Source: Candidatus Eiseniibacteriota bacterium (GTDB lineage Bacteria > Eisenbacteria > RBG-16-71-46 > CAZAMP01). Taken from it: a stretch of DNA of 64,000 nt. Where the stretch lies: NCBI GenBank assembly GCA_965224245.1, contig OZ245046.1:1952001-2016000 (forward strand), written 5' to 3'. The position numbers were made by a program, and so were the translations under genes. Each line of letters begins with the position of its first letter. Position 1 is the stretch's first letter. Positions 24,638 to 33,300 of this stretch are shown here, in pieces. Below the pieces are notes generated by a model, which did no database searches, had not been told where the DNA came from, and saw only the letters and a list, made by a program, of their open reading frames with translations.

Positions 24638-24709
24638 TCAGCGCCCGTCCTCGGCGCCGCGTAACACGAACAGCGCCGTGAGCACCATCAAGACCAGCAT
24701 CTCTCGCAT
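24638..24709 (-). CDS. Unannotated 23-aa hydrophobic small protein or leader peptide (MREMLVLMVLTALFVLRGAEDGR)
   Basis: ATG at 24709 with a perfect AGGAGG SD 6 nt upstream; TGA at 24640-24638; contains a TTA codon. Below the ORF-track size cutoff. Confidence 0.55.
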   Translation of the reverse strand: MREMLVLMVLTALFVLRGAEDGR

Positions 24710-24781
24710 GATTTTCCTCCTGGGAGGAGTATCGGCGGGTCCTGGCGGACTCCTGAGCGCCGGGTCGGGAAGCGCGTCGAC

Positions 24782-24807
24782 AAAAAAGCGCCCCCTCGAA
24801 GGGGGCG
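24782..24807 (-). terminator. Intrinsic terminator after tRNA-Cys
   Basis: CGCCCCCT-TCG-AGGGGGCG stem-loop followed by CTTTTTT on the minus strand. Confidence 0.85.
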
Positions 24808-24814
24808 GGAGAAG

Positions 24815-24890
24815 TGGAGGCGGCTACCAGATTCGAACTGGTGAATGACGGTTTTGCAGACCGTTCCCTTAGCCACTTGGGTAAGCCGCC
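24815..24890 (-). tRNA. tRNA-Cys (anticodon GCA)
   Basis: GGCGGCTTACCCAAGTGGCTAAGGGAACGGTCTGCAAAACCGTCATTCACCAGTTCGAATCTGGTAGCCGCCTCCA. Confidence 0.97.
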
Positions 24891-24941
24891 CCACGAAGCT
24901 CCGACGGCCGGCGGGGCTCGCACAAGAGCGCGAGGAAGAAA

Positions 24942-25017
24942 TGGAGCGGAAGACGGGACTCGAACCCGCGACAACTACCTTGGCAAGGTAGAGCTCTACC
25001 AGCTGAGCTACTTCCGC
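24942..25017 (-). tRNA. tRNA-Gly (anticodon GCC)
   Basis: GCGGAAGTAGCTCAGCTGGTAGAGCTCTACCTTGCCAAGGTAGTTGTCGCGGGTTCGAGTCCCGTCTTCCGCTCCA. Confidence 0.97.
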
Positions 25018-25077
25018 TTCCGAAAGGCCGTGTTCGCGGCGGCTAACTGACTACCCACCTTGAACTTCGAGCCTCCG

Positions 25078-25107
25078 ATGGTAATGAGGGGGCCGGCGCG
25101 GTGTCAA
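25078..25107 (-). promoter_or_regulatory. Promoter for tRNA-Gly-Cys (TTGACA-N18-TACCAT)
   Basis: Perfect -35 at 25107-25102 and -10 at 25083-25078. Confidence 0.7.
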
Positions 25108-25308
25108 CCCCTTTTTCGAGCCCCGGAGCTCGCCGAGGCCCCGGGCGCCCGCCCAGCGGCTCGGGACGCCCGCCTCGCGTGCCTGGGCGTCTGCCGTTCG
25201 CGGGCGGCGGACGCCCCCGGGAAACAGCCGTGAATTGACGCCGGACCCCGGTCCGGCGACACTCGCGCCGGTCCAGCCGCGCCATCGCCCGGGAGATCGA
25301 GGGACGAC

Positions 25309-26301
25309 ATGCCCATCATCGTGCAGAAGTACGGCGGGACGTCGGTCGACGGTCCCGACCGGCTGAAGGACGTCGCGGCTCGGGTCGTGCGGACCCGGAG
25401 AGCGGGATACGACGTCATCGCCGTGGTGTCCGCGATGGGCGGCACCACCGACGACATGATCGCGCTCGCCCGCCGCCTCAACCCCTCCCCGCCTCAGCGC
25501 GAGCTCGACATGCTCGTCACCGCGGGCGAGCGAGTCACGATGGCGCTGCTGGCCATGGCCATCGACGACCTCGGCGAGCGCGTGATCTCGTTCACGGGCT
25601 CGCAGAGCGGCATCATCACGACGTCCTCGCACGGCAACGCCGCCATCGAGGAGGTTCGCCCCCATCGCCTGCGAGAGTCCCTCGACGACGGACGCATCGT
25701 GATCGTGGCCGGCTATCAGGGCGTCAGCCGCGACAAGGAGGTGACGACGCTGGGCCGCGGCGGCACCGACCTGACCGCGGTCGCGCTCGCCGAGGCGTTC
25801 GATGCCGATTGCCAGCTCTACAAGGACGTCGACGGCATCCTGACCGCCGACCCGCACGTGTGTCCCGATGCCGCGCGTCTGGACACGATTCCCTGGCCGG
25901 CGATGATCGACTACGCGGCGGCCGGCGCCGGGGTCCTCTATACCGAGGCCGCGCGGTTCGCGCGCGATCGCGGTGTTCCCCTGTGGGTCGGATGCAGCCT
26001 CCGCGAGAGCCAGGGCACCCGGATCACCGAGGAGCCGGTGAACGCGGAGCGGCTGTTCGGCGTGTCGATCGCCCCCGAGGGCTCGCGCGTCGCGGTGACC
26101 CTGATCGGCGGGCACGCCGCACTCGAGCGGGCCGTTCACGCGGTGCGACGGGACGGCGTCGGCGATGGAGAGCCGTTCGGCGAGACCGGTCGCCGCTGGA
26201 TCCTGGCCGATCGCGAGGCGGCCGAGGGTCTCGCCCGCGCGCTGCACCGGGTCGTCATCGATCCGACGCGCGCAGCTCCTCTGCCGCCGTCTCCGGCGTG
26301 A
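25309..26301 (+). CDS. lysC: Aspartate kinase (short form, regulatory ACT region reduced)
   Basis: IVQKYGGTSV, VVSAMGGTTD, RELDMLVTAGE, AGYQG...TTLGRGGTD and DVDGILTADP; only 330 aa. Confidence 0.88.
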   Translation: MPIIVQKYGGTSVDGPDRLKDVAARVVRTRRAGYDVIAVVSAMGGTTDDMIALARRLNPSPPQRELDMLVTAGERVTMALLAMAIDDLGERVISFTGSQSGIITTSSHGNAAIEEVRPHRLRESLDDGRIVIVAGYQGVSRDKEVTTLGRGGTDLTAVALAEAFDADCQLYKDVDGILTADPHVCPDAARLDTIPWPAMIDYAAAGAGVLYTEAARFARDRGVPLWVGCSLRESQGTRITEEPVNAERLFGVSIAPEGSRVAVTLIGGHAALERAVHAVRRDGVGDGEPFGETGRRWILADREAAEGLARALHRVVIDPTRAAPLPPSPA

Positions 26302-27175
26302 CGGGGTTGATCGTCATCCCGCTGGCGATCTCGAACCCGGCCAGCCTCCCGAGCCTCGGCCAGGTCTCCAGGATCGGGTGCACGACACGCTCGGACTCCG
26401 GGTCGGGCGGAAAGCTCCACGTGACGTTGTGCGCCACCGGCCCCAGGAGGCGCTCGGTGCGCCGTGCCACGTCGCCGAGCACGTGCGCCAGCTCCGCGAG
26501 CCCCGGCGCGGGCGCGTGCTCGATCCGGCTCACGCGCACCTCGTAAGGGAATCGCGACACGAACGGGCAGAACGCCACCACGGACCCGGTCGCCACGACG
26601 ACGCGTTCGCCGGCGCGGATCTCCCGTCGCGTGTCCGTACAGTCCGCGCAGACACCGTCGGCTCGCCACGTCTCCCACGCGGTGGCCACGGTCCGCGCCA
26701 GGTGAGACGGTGGCTCCTCGAGCGCCACGATCTGCGTGTGCGGGTGCTCGATCGTCGCGCCGGCCGGCTCGCCGTGGTTCTTGAACGCGATCACGATCCG
26801 GCCGCGGGCGCGGTGGTGCTCGACCCGTTCGTGGAGCACGTCCAGGAACCCCTCGAGCGCACCGGCCGGCATCGTGGCCAGCCGTGCGTCGTGATCGTCG
26901 GACTCCACGATGACCTCGTGTACACCCGCGGGCTCGGCCACCGCCGGGTACTTGTTCGGGATCACCCGGATGGTCCACGCGCTCGACGGGCGACTCACGC
27001 CCGGCGGGCGCTCCAGGATCGCGGGTGGTGTCAGCCTCTCGTGACCGGGACAGAACGGGCACGGCTCGCCCGTGCGTTCGGGGGGGACCGCGCGCCAGTA
27101 GCGGGGCCGGTCGGCACGTGCCCGGGCCATCAGCACGGCCCGGTCCCGGAGCGCGTCGCGTCGGATCTGGCTCAT
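26255..27175 (-). CDS. galT: Galactose-1-phosphate uridylyltransferase (GalT/HIT family)
   Basis: CPFCPGHE, IRVIPNKYPA, GVHEVIVES, FKNHGEPAGATIEHPHTQ (HxHxQ), LAGFEIASGMTINPVTPE. Start moved to MSQIRRD. Confidence 0.88.
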   Translation of the reverse strand: MSQIRRDALRDRAVLMARARADRPRYWRAVPPERTGEPCPFCPGHERLTPPAILERPPGVSRPSSAWTIRVIPNKYPAVAEPAGVHEVIVESDDHDARLATMPAGALEGFLDVLHERVEHHRARGRIVIAFKNHGEPAGATIEHPHTQIVALEEPPSHLARTVATAWETWRADGVCADCTDTRREIRAGERVVVATGSVVAFCPFVSRFPYEVRVSRIEHAPAPGLAELAHVLGDVARRTERLLGPVAHNVTWSFPPDPESERVVHPILETWPRLGRLAGFEIASGMTINPVTPETAAEELRASDR

Positions 27176-27212
27176 GCTCCCCGGCGCCTTCCGCACCCGC
27201 GCCGCGTGACGC

Positions 27213-28487
27213 TCACGATCCCGCCTGGGCGGGCCGGTCGGATGCCGCGCGTGCCTCGTAGGCGGCGCGCAGCGCATCCTCGTACGCCGGCGTCATCGCG
27301 ACGCCGCGTCGCGACATCACCCGCCGTGCCGTGGCCACGAAGCGTGACCAGTCGGTCGAACAGGCCACGCCGCGAGTGCCCCACGCGAACGGGGCGATCG
27401 ACCTGGGCGTGAGCCCGGCCTCGCCGAATACGTTCGCGCCGGTGCCGACGATCGTGCCCGTCCCCAGGAGGGTGCCGATCGCCGTCTTCACGTGATCGCC
27501 GGCAAGCGTGCCCAGCTTCGTGAGACCGGTGGAGACGGCGGCGCCGTCGATCTCGAGACGGACCTCCCCGTAGCTGTTCTTGAGATCCGAGCACGTCGTC
27601 ATCGCGCCCAGGTTCACCCACTCGCCGAGAACCGAGTGTCCGATGAAGCCGTCGTGGGCCTTGTTCGAGTAGCCGTGAACGATCGACTCGGCCAGCTCTC
27701 CCCGAAGCTTGCACCGGGGCCCGACCCCGACGTACGGGCCGATCGCACCGCCGAGGAGCGTGGTGCCGGGGCCGATTGAAGCCGGACCGGCGAGCCACGC
27801 ATGTCCGGTCACGACGACGTCGTCGTCGAGCGCAATGGGTCCCTCGCGCGCGTCCAGGGTGCTCCCGGGATCGATCCGCACGCCGGCGCCGACGTGCACC
27901 GGATGTTCGCCCAGAACATTCACGCCGGGCGCGCTCTCGGGGGCGAGCGGAACGAGTGCACCGAGAAGCGCATCGGCGGGGATCAGCCGGTCGAGATGAG
28001 CGACGAGATCCGTCGCGCCCCGGATCACGATGGGGTGCCGCGATGCGCCCTCGCCGGCGCCGGCCACGGGAGCCAGCGTTCTCACGGTCTCGGCGCGATC
28101 GGCCAGCGCCTCGGCGAGCGCGAGTCCGCCGGGCAACATCTCCCCCTCCGGCAGGCGCGCCGCCACGATCTCGTCGCCGGCCAGGAGACGGAAGGGCTCG
28201 TCCTGGCTCAGGAGCGCGTGCCACAGCGCCGGCGTCAGCACGAGAGCGCCATCCAGGAAGAGCGTGTCGCCGCACGGCACCTCCCGCGGGGCGGCCGCGC
28301 GGTCTCCCCGCTCGAGGGCCACCACGTGGGCACGACCGGCGACGAGCGCCGGCTCGTCTCCGGTGATCCGAGCCACGCGCTCGGCGAGGGTGTGACGGCC
28401 CGCCCGCAAGCCCCACGTGGGACGTAGATCGGTGAAGGGAGCCAGCCGGGCGGGCGATCGCTCGAATAGACACACGCGAAGCGACAT
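27213..28487 (-). CDS. GlmU-related putative sugar nucleotidyl/acetyltransferase (N-terminal NTP-transferase-like domain plus hexapeptide repeats)
   Basis: LAPFTDLRPTWGLRAG N-terminus; SNKAHDGFIGHSVLGEWVNLGA...SDLKNSYG...GDHVKTAIGT left-handed beta-helix. Confidence 0.85.
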   Translation of the reverse strand: MSLRVCLFERSPARLAPFTDLRPTWGLRAGRHTLAERVARITGDEPALVAGRAHVVALERGDRAAAPREVPCGDTLFLDGALVLTPALWHALLSQDEPFRLLAGDEIVAARLPEGEMLPGGLALAEALADRAETVRTLAPVAGAGEGASRHPIVIRGATDLVAHLDRLIPADALLGALVPLAPESAPGVNVLGEHPVHVGAGVRIDPGSTLDAREGPIALDDDVVVTGHAWLAGPASIGPGTTLLGGAIGPYVGVGPRCKLRGELAESIVHGYSNKAHDGFIGHSVLGEWVNLGAMTTCSDLKNSYGEVRLEIDGAAVSTGLTKLGTLAGDHVKTAIGTLLGTGTIVGTGANVFGEAGLTPRSIAPFAWGTRGVACSTDWSRFVATARRVMSRRGVAMTPAYEDALRAAYEARAASDRPAQAGS

Positions 28488-28588
28488 CGCTTTCCTCGAT
28501 GATTGGACGCCGGGGCACTTCTAGCACGGGCTCAGGGGGCGTTCAACCGACCCGTCGGTCCGGGCTCACGCCCCGCGATCGCGTCGGC

Positions 28589-29722
28589 TCACGACGTGCG
28601 CGCCATCGAACGCTCGGCGGGCCGAACACCCGCCGCATCGTGGTACAACGCCTCCAGCGCGTCCACGACGACGTCCCAGGAGTAGTTCTCCCGGATGAGG
28701 GTCCGGCAGCGCTCCTCGAAGGAGTTCACGAGCTCCTCGCGGGCGAGAAGCATCGCCATCTTGTCCCGGAGATCGGCCACGTTCTGGGACTCGAACGAGA
28801 CCGCGCAGTCCTCGACGACCTCCATGTTCTCGGGAATGTCACTGACCAGGACGCACTTCCCGAACGACAGCGCCTCCAGGAGCGCGATCGAGAGCCCCTC
28901 TAGCACGGACGGCTGCACCACGAACAGCGCGTTGGACCAGAGCTCGTCCAGGAGGTCACCGTACACGTAGTCGAGCATGACGATGCGGTCGTTTCCGCCG
29001 GCCAGGCGCTTGAGCTCGTCCACGTACCCATCGGAGAAGCTGGAGCCCCCGGCCATCACGAGCTTCACGTCGGTGTCCAGCTGGTTGAACGCCTCGATCA
29101 GGAAGTGGCAGCCCTTCTCGGGCACGAGGCGTCCCACGAACAGGACGTACTGCCCGTCTCCGAGGCCCTGTCGGCGGAGCTTGTTCGGCGGCCGGCGTTC
29201 GGGGATCAGCGTGCCGTTCGGAATGAACGTGGTGTCGATCCCGTAGCGGTCGGCGAAGTACTTCTCGAGCGTCTTCGACACGACGATCGTGCGATCCGGA
29301 AAGCGCAGGGCCGGTCGCTCGCAGAAGCGCAGGAAGCTCTTGGCGAACTTCCCCCACTTGTCGCGCTGCCAGTCCAGTCCGTGCACGGTGACCACGGTGC
29401 GCTTCCCCACCAGCCGCGGCAGCCCCGAGAACAACGACGGTCCGAGGGCGTGGTAGTGCACGATGTCGAAGTCACGGAACAGCGAGTCGATGCTCGCGAT
29501 CAGGCAGTGCGAGGCCGCGTCCAGGTGCTTGGTCTTCAGCGTCGGGTGCCGGATGAGTCGCACGCCCAGATGCGTGCCCCGCTGTCGGCTGTAGTGCATG
29601 CGCGTGTACACGCTCACGTCGTGGCCGCGACGGACGAGCCGGGACGCCAGCTCCTCGACGTGACGCTCGACGCCACCATAAGTGGCGGGCATCCCCTTCT
29701 GTCCGACCATCGCGATCTTCAT
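28589..29722 (-). CDS. Glycosyltransferase family 4
   Basis: MKIAMVGQKGMPATYGGVE, FVGRLVPEKG and EGLSIALLEALSFG. Confidence 0.93.
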   Translation of the reverse strand: MKIAMVGQKGMPATYGGVERHVEELASRLVRRGHDVSVYTRMHYSRQRGTHLGVRLIRHPTLKTKHLDAASHCLIASIDSLFRDFDIVHYHALGPSLFSGLPRLVGKRTVVTVHGLDWQRDKWGKFAKSFLRFCERPALRFPDRTIVVSKTLEKYFADRYGIDTTFIPNGTLIPERRPPNKLRRQGLGDGQYVLFVGRLVPEKGCHFLIEAFNQLDTDVKLVMAGGSSFSDGYVDELKRLAGGNDRIVMLDYVYGDLLDELWSNALFVVQPSVLEGLSIALLEALSFGKCVLVSDIPENMEVVEDCAVSFESQNVADLRDKMAMLLAREELVNSFEERCRTLIRENYSWDVVVDALEALYHDAAGVRPAERSMARTS

Positions 29723-30945
29723 GCGGCCAGACTCCGGTAGAGATCGGTGAGCGCCGACACGTGCCCCGGCGCGGCGAACTCGTCGTCGATGCGCGCGCGC
29801 GCGGCACGTCCCATGCGTTCCAGCGCCGCCGGGTCGGAGGCCATTCGCTCCCAGACGGCCGCCAGTCCCTCGGCGTCTCCCGACTCGAACAGCGCGCCGG
29901 TGTCCCCGTCACGCACGAGCTCGGGGATGCCGCCCACGTTCGCCCCGAGCACCGGCTTGCCCAGCGCGAACGCCTCCAGGATCGAGTACGGCAGATTCTC
30001 GTACCACTCCGACGGAACGATCACGAAGGCGGCCCGCCGGATCCGCTCGTGCAGCGCTTCGCCCGACTGATAGCCGTGCACGCGCACCCGCCCGTCGAGC
30101 GTGCGGACCTCCGTGCCGATCTCGTCCGCCAGCGGGCCCTCGCCCACGATGTCCAGGCGAGCCCCCGGCCGGGCGGCGCTCAACGCGCGCATCGCCTCCA
30201 GGAGCGTGCTCACCCCCTTCTCCCGGGACAGACGGCCCACGTACAGCGCGTACTCTCCGGGCCGGGGCTCGGGCGAGTATCGATCGGTGTGGAGGAAGTA
30301 CGGAAAGTGAACCAGCCGCTCGATCGCGATCCCGAACTCGGCGCACTTGTCGCGCATGAACGCGCTGGGACACAGAAAGCGTCCCACACGGTCGTAGCTG
30401 TGTCGCCGGGCGTGCCACGCCATCTCGACGAAGCCGAGGACGCTCTTGGCCAGCGACCCGTGATGGCAGCGCGTGCGGACGGCCTCGTGATGCCGGCCGG
30501 TCCGGCAGCGTTCGCAGACCTCGCCGTTCGCGAACAGCAGATAGGACGAGCAGATGAGCTTGTAGTCGTGCAGCGTCTGCACGACCGGCACCCCGGCGTC
30601 GCCGATCGCCTCCAGGATCGACGGCGTGAGCTGGTGCGCGATGTTGTGCAGGTGCGCGACGTCGGGCTTGGTGTCGTCGATGAGCCGGCGGATGCGCTGC
30701 TTGGCCTCGTCGCTATGCACGAACCGGACCGCGTCACGCACGCGCGAGAGCGGAGAGCCGCCGCCGTGGAAGTCGACCTCGGGGACGAAGTACGGCGCGA
30801 ACGGAGACGGCTCGTTCCGCGGATGCGTCATCGCGAACGACACCACCTCGTGCCCGGCGTCCACGAGCGCGCGGCTCAGATCGAAGAAGTAGCGCTCGGA
30901 GCCGCCCTTCACCCAGAAGAACTTGTTGATCTGAAGCACCCGCAT
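29719..30945 (-). CDS. Glycosyltransferase family 4
   Basis: Start MRVLQINKFF; TLHDYKLIC, YVGRLSREKG and PSEWYENLPYSILEAFALGKPV. Confidence 0.93.
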   Translation of the reverse strand: MRVLQINKFFWVKGGSERYFFDLSRALVDAGHEVVSFAMTHPRNEPSPFAPYFVPEVDFHGGGSPLSRVRDAVRFVHSDEAKQRIRRLIDDTKPDVAHLHNIAHQLTPSILEAIGDAGVPVVQTLHDYKLICSSYLLFANGEVCERCRTGRHHEAVRTRCHHGSLAKSVLGFVEMAWHARRHSYDRVGRFLCPSAFMRDKCAEFGIAIERLVHFPYFLHTDRYSPEPRPGEYALYVGRLSREKGVSTLLEAMRALSAARPGARLDIVGEGPLADEIGTEVRTLDGRVRVHGYQSGEALHERIRRAAFVIVPSEWYENLPYSILEAFALGKPVLGANVGGIPELVRDGDTGALFESGDAEGLAAVWERMASDPAALERMGRAARARIDDEFAAPGHVSALTDLYRSLAA

Positions 30946-30947
30946 CG

Positions 30948-32078
30948 CTACGTCCCCGGATCGAGCTCGTCGATCAATGCCTGTGTCTCGCCGACCACCC
31001 GCTCGACGCTGAACTCTCGCTCGATCCACCGGCGTCCCCGCTCACCGAGGTCCGCGCGCAGGGCGGGATCGGCCAGGACGGTGCCGAGAGCCGTGGCGAA
31101 CGCGTCGGGGTCCCCGGGAGGAACGAGGAGACCCGCTCCCCCCTGCTCGACGATCTCGTCCAGACTTCCCACGCGGGTCGCGATGGCCGGAACGCCCTGC
31201 GCGATGGCCTCCAGCAGCGAGTACGGCAACGTCTCCACGAGAGGCAACGACGTGAGAACGACGACGTCGAATGCCCCGACCAGCCGGGGCGCGTCGGGAC
31301 GCAGACCCAGAAAGCGCACGATGCCCGTGAGTCCGAGCCGCGCCGCCTCGGTCACCAGCTCCTCGCGACGCGGGCCGTCCCCGACCAGGAGCACCCGGAG
31401 TCGTGGGTTGTCGTCCTTCAGACGGGCCACCGCGTGAAAGAGCGTCTCGTGTGACTTCTCCGGCCGGAGCATCGCGACCATGCCCACCGCGACGTCGTCG
31501 GCGGCGAGCCCCAGCTCGGCCCGGATGGCCCGGCGCTCGGTCTTGCTCAGGGGACCGGTCGTATCGACGCCGTTGCGAATCGTCACGAGCTTGTGCGCCG
31601 GAACGCCGAGCTCGCGGAGGTAGCCGGCCTGGCCCCGCGCGGTCGCGATCACCCGGGAGAGCGACGGGATCGCCAGGCGGACCCCGACGGGCAGGCTGGA
31701 GCCACCGCCCCAGAGCCCGGTCGTGTGCATGACCATCAGCCGGACCGGCACGCCGGCCGCCCGCGCCGCGGGGGCTCCCCACGCGACGGCGTTGGTGTGG
31801 TCGAGGAAGTACACCGCGCGGGCCCCGCGATCCCGGAAGAACCGGTACAGCCGGAGGAACCCGCGTGGATCCCGCGCCCCGGGCGAGAGATCGGCCACGA
31901 CCCGGATGCCCTCGCGCTCGAGCATCTCGCCGATGACGCCGGCCTCGCGGAGACAGATCGTCTCCACGGTGGATCCGGTCCGGTGGAGACGGCGCATGAT
32001 CTCTAACGTGCCGCGCTCGGCGCCTCCCATTCTCAGCGTCGATGCGACCAACATGATGCGCTGTGCCATGGGGGTCAC
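30948..32078 (-). CDS. Glycosyltransferase family 4
   Basis: MGGAER, IRNGVD, VAMLRPEKSH and ETLPYSLLEAIAQGVP. Confidence 0.92.
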   Translation of the reverse strand: MTPMAQRIMLVASTLRMGGAERGTLEIMRRLHRTGSTVETICLREAGVIGEMLEREGIRVVADLSPGARDPRGFLRLYRFFRDRGARAVYFLDHTNAVAWGAPAARAAGVPVRLMVMHTTGLWGGGSSLPVGVRLAIPSLSRVIATARGQAGYLRELGVPAHKLVTIRNGVDTTGPLSKTERRAIRAELGLAADDVAVGMVAMLRPEKSHETLFHAVARLKDDNPRLRVLLVGDGPRREELVTEAARLGLTGIVRFLGLRPDAPRLVGAFDVVVLTSLPLVETLPYSLLEAIAQGVPAIATRVGSLDEIVEQGGAGLLVPPGDPDAFATALGTVLADPALRADLGERGRRWIEREFSVERVVGETQALIDELDPGT

Positions 32079-32079
32079 C

Positions 32080-33300
32080 TCATGCCGCCGGATGTCCGAC
32101 GCGCAGCTCGTCGAACAGCGAGAGCGTCCGGAGCCGGGTCGCCTCGGGCCCGTAGCGCCGCGACGCCAGCTCGCGTCCGGCGGTCCGGAGTCGCCGGGCC
32201 TCGTCGGGGTGTGTCAACAGATGCAGGATCGACTCGGCGAGCCCTTCGGGGCTGTCGGCTTCGAGATGGTGCTCGCCGGCCTTCAGCATCAATCCCGACA
32301 CCGCCACCGGCGTCGCGACGACCGCGGCGCCGATCGTGAGCGCCTCGAGGAGTCGGATCCGGAGCCCGCCCGCGAACCGGAGCGGCACCACGAAGACGCT
32401 CGTGCGCTGGATGAAGCGAACCAGATCGTCGACGTAGCCCAGGAACCGCACGTCACCGGCTCCGCTCCGCGCGAGGAGATCTTCCGGCGCGTCGCCGCCG
32501 GCGATCTCGAGCGTCGCGTCACCCACCCGCTCGCGCACGCGCGGCCAGATCTCATCGAGCAGGAACTCGATCGCGTCCACGTTGAACCGACCCTTGAACG
32601 AGCCGAGAAAGCCGACGACGTTGGGCGCGGGCTCGCTGTCCGAGGGCGGAGGGTCGAACGGCACACCCACCGGGAGGACGCGGACCTCGCCCTGGTAGGT
32701 CGGGCCGAACGCGTCCAGGAACGCCCTCCGATCCTCGTCGGTCAGCGCGAGAACGGTGTCGCACCGGCCGAGCGTCTCGATCTCGCGCCGGGACTCGCGG
32801 GCGAGACGCCAGGTGCGCCAGGCCGAGCCCCCCACCAGGTCGGACTCGAGGCGCCGGCGCACGAACTCGGCGTCGTGCGCCAGCACGACCACACGGCCCG
32901 AGCGGACGCGCGGCACCAGACGGGCCAGCTTCCAGTACTCGAGGAGCACCACGTCGAAGGCCGTCTCGCTCGTCCAGCGCTCCAGTGCGTCGGCGAACTC
33001 GGCGGGCGTCGAGTAGTAGTAGTCGCGGGGATACCCGGTGACGATCGCCGAGAGATCGTTGCGCACGCGGTAGGCGGCGCGGTGCGCCGGCGAGCGCCGG
33101 TTGGGCATCGGGATCGCCCGTACCTCGACGCCCCGGGACTGGAGCGCGTCGACCAGCGGCGCCTCGGCCCGGTTCTCGAGCATCGTGAGGTACGAGACGT
33201 CGTGAGCGGTCGTGAGTGCGTCCAGCAGGCCCAGCGTGACGCGGCGGCTACCCTGGTGCGGGGGCAGCGGGAGATACGGCTTCACGACCAGGATCTTCAT
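32080..33300 (-). CDS. Glycosyltransferase family 4
   Basis: PYLPLPPHQGS, GFLGSF...NVDAIEF and VVPLRFAGGLRIRLLEAL. Confidence 0.9.
   Translation of the reverse strand: MKILVVKPYLPLPPHQGSRRVTLGLLDALTTAHDVSYLTMLENRAEAPLVDALQSRGVEVRAIPMPNRRSPAHRAAYRVRNDLSAIVTGYPRDYYYSTPAEFADALERWTSETAFDVVLLEYWKLARLVPRVRSGRVVVLAHDAEFVRRRLESDLVGGSAWRTWRLARESRREIETLGRCDTVLALTDEDRRAFLDAFGPTYQGEVRVLPVGVPFDPPPSDSEPAPNVVGFLGSFKGRFNVDAIEFLLDEIWPRVRERVGDATLEIAGGDAPEDLLARSGAGDVRFLGYVDDLVRFIQRTSVFVVPLRFAGGLRIRLLEALTIGAAVVATPVAVSGLMLKAGEHHLEADSPEGLAESILHLLTHPDEARRLRTAGRELASRRYGPEATRLRTLSLFDELRVGHPAA

Noticed and set aside
32004-32006. TTA codon near the 5' end of a GT4 gene as evidence for bldA-like control of the polysaccharide locus
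   Set aside because: A single codon, and TTA also occurs in housekeeping truB (53222-53224). A genome-wide count is needed.
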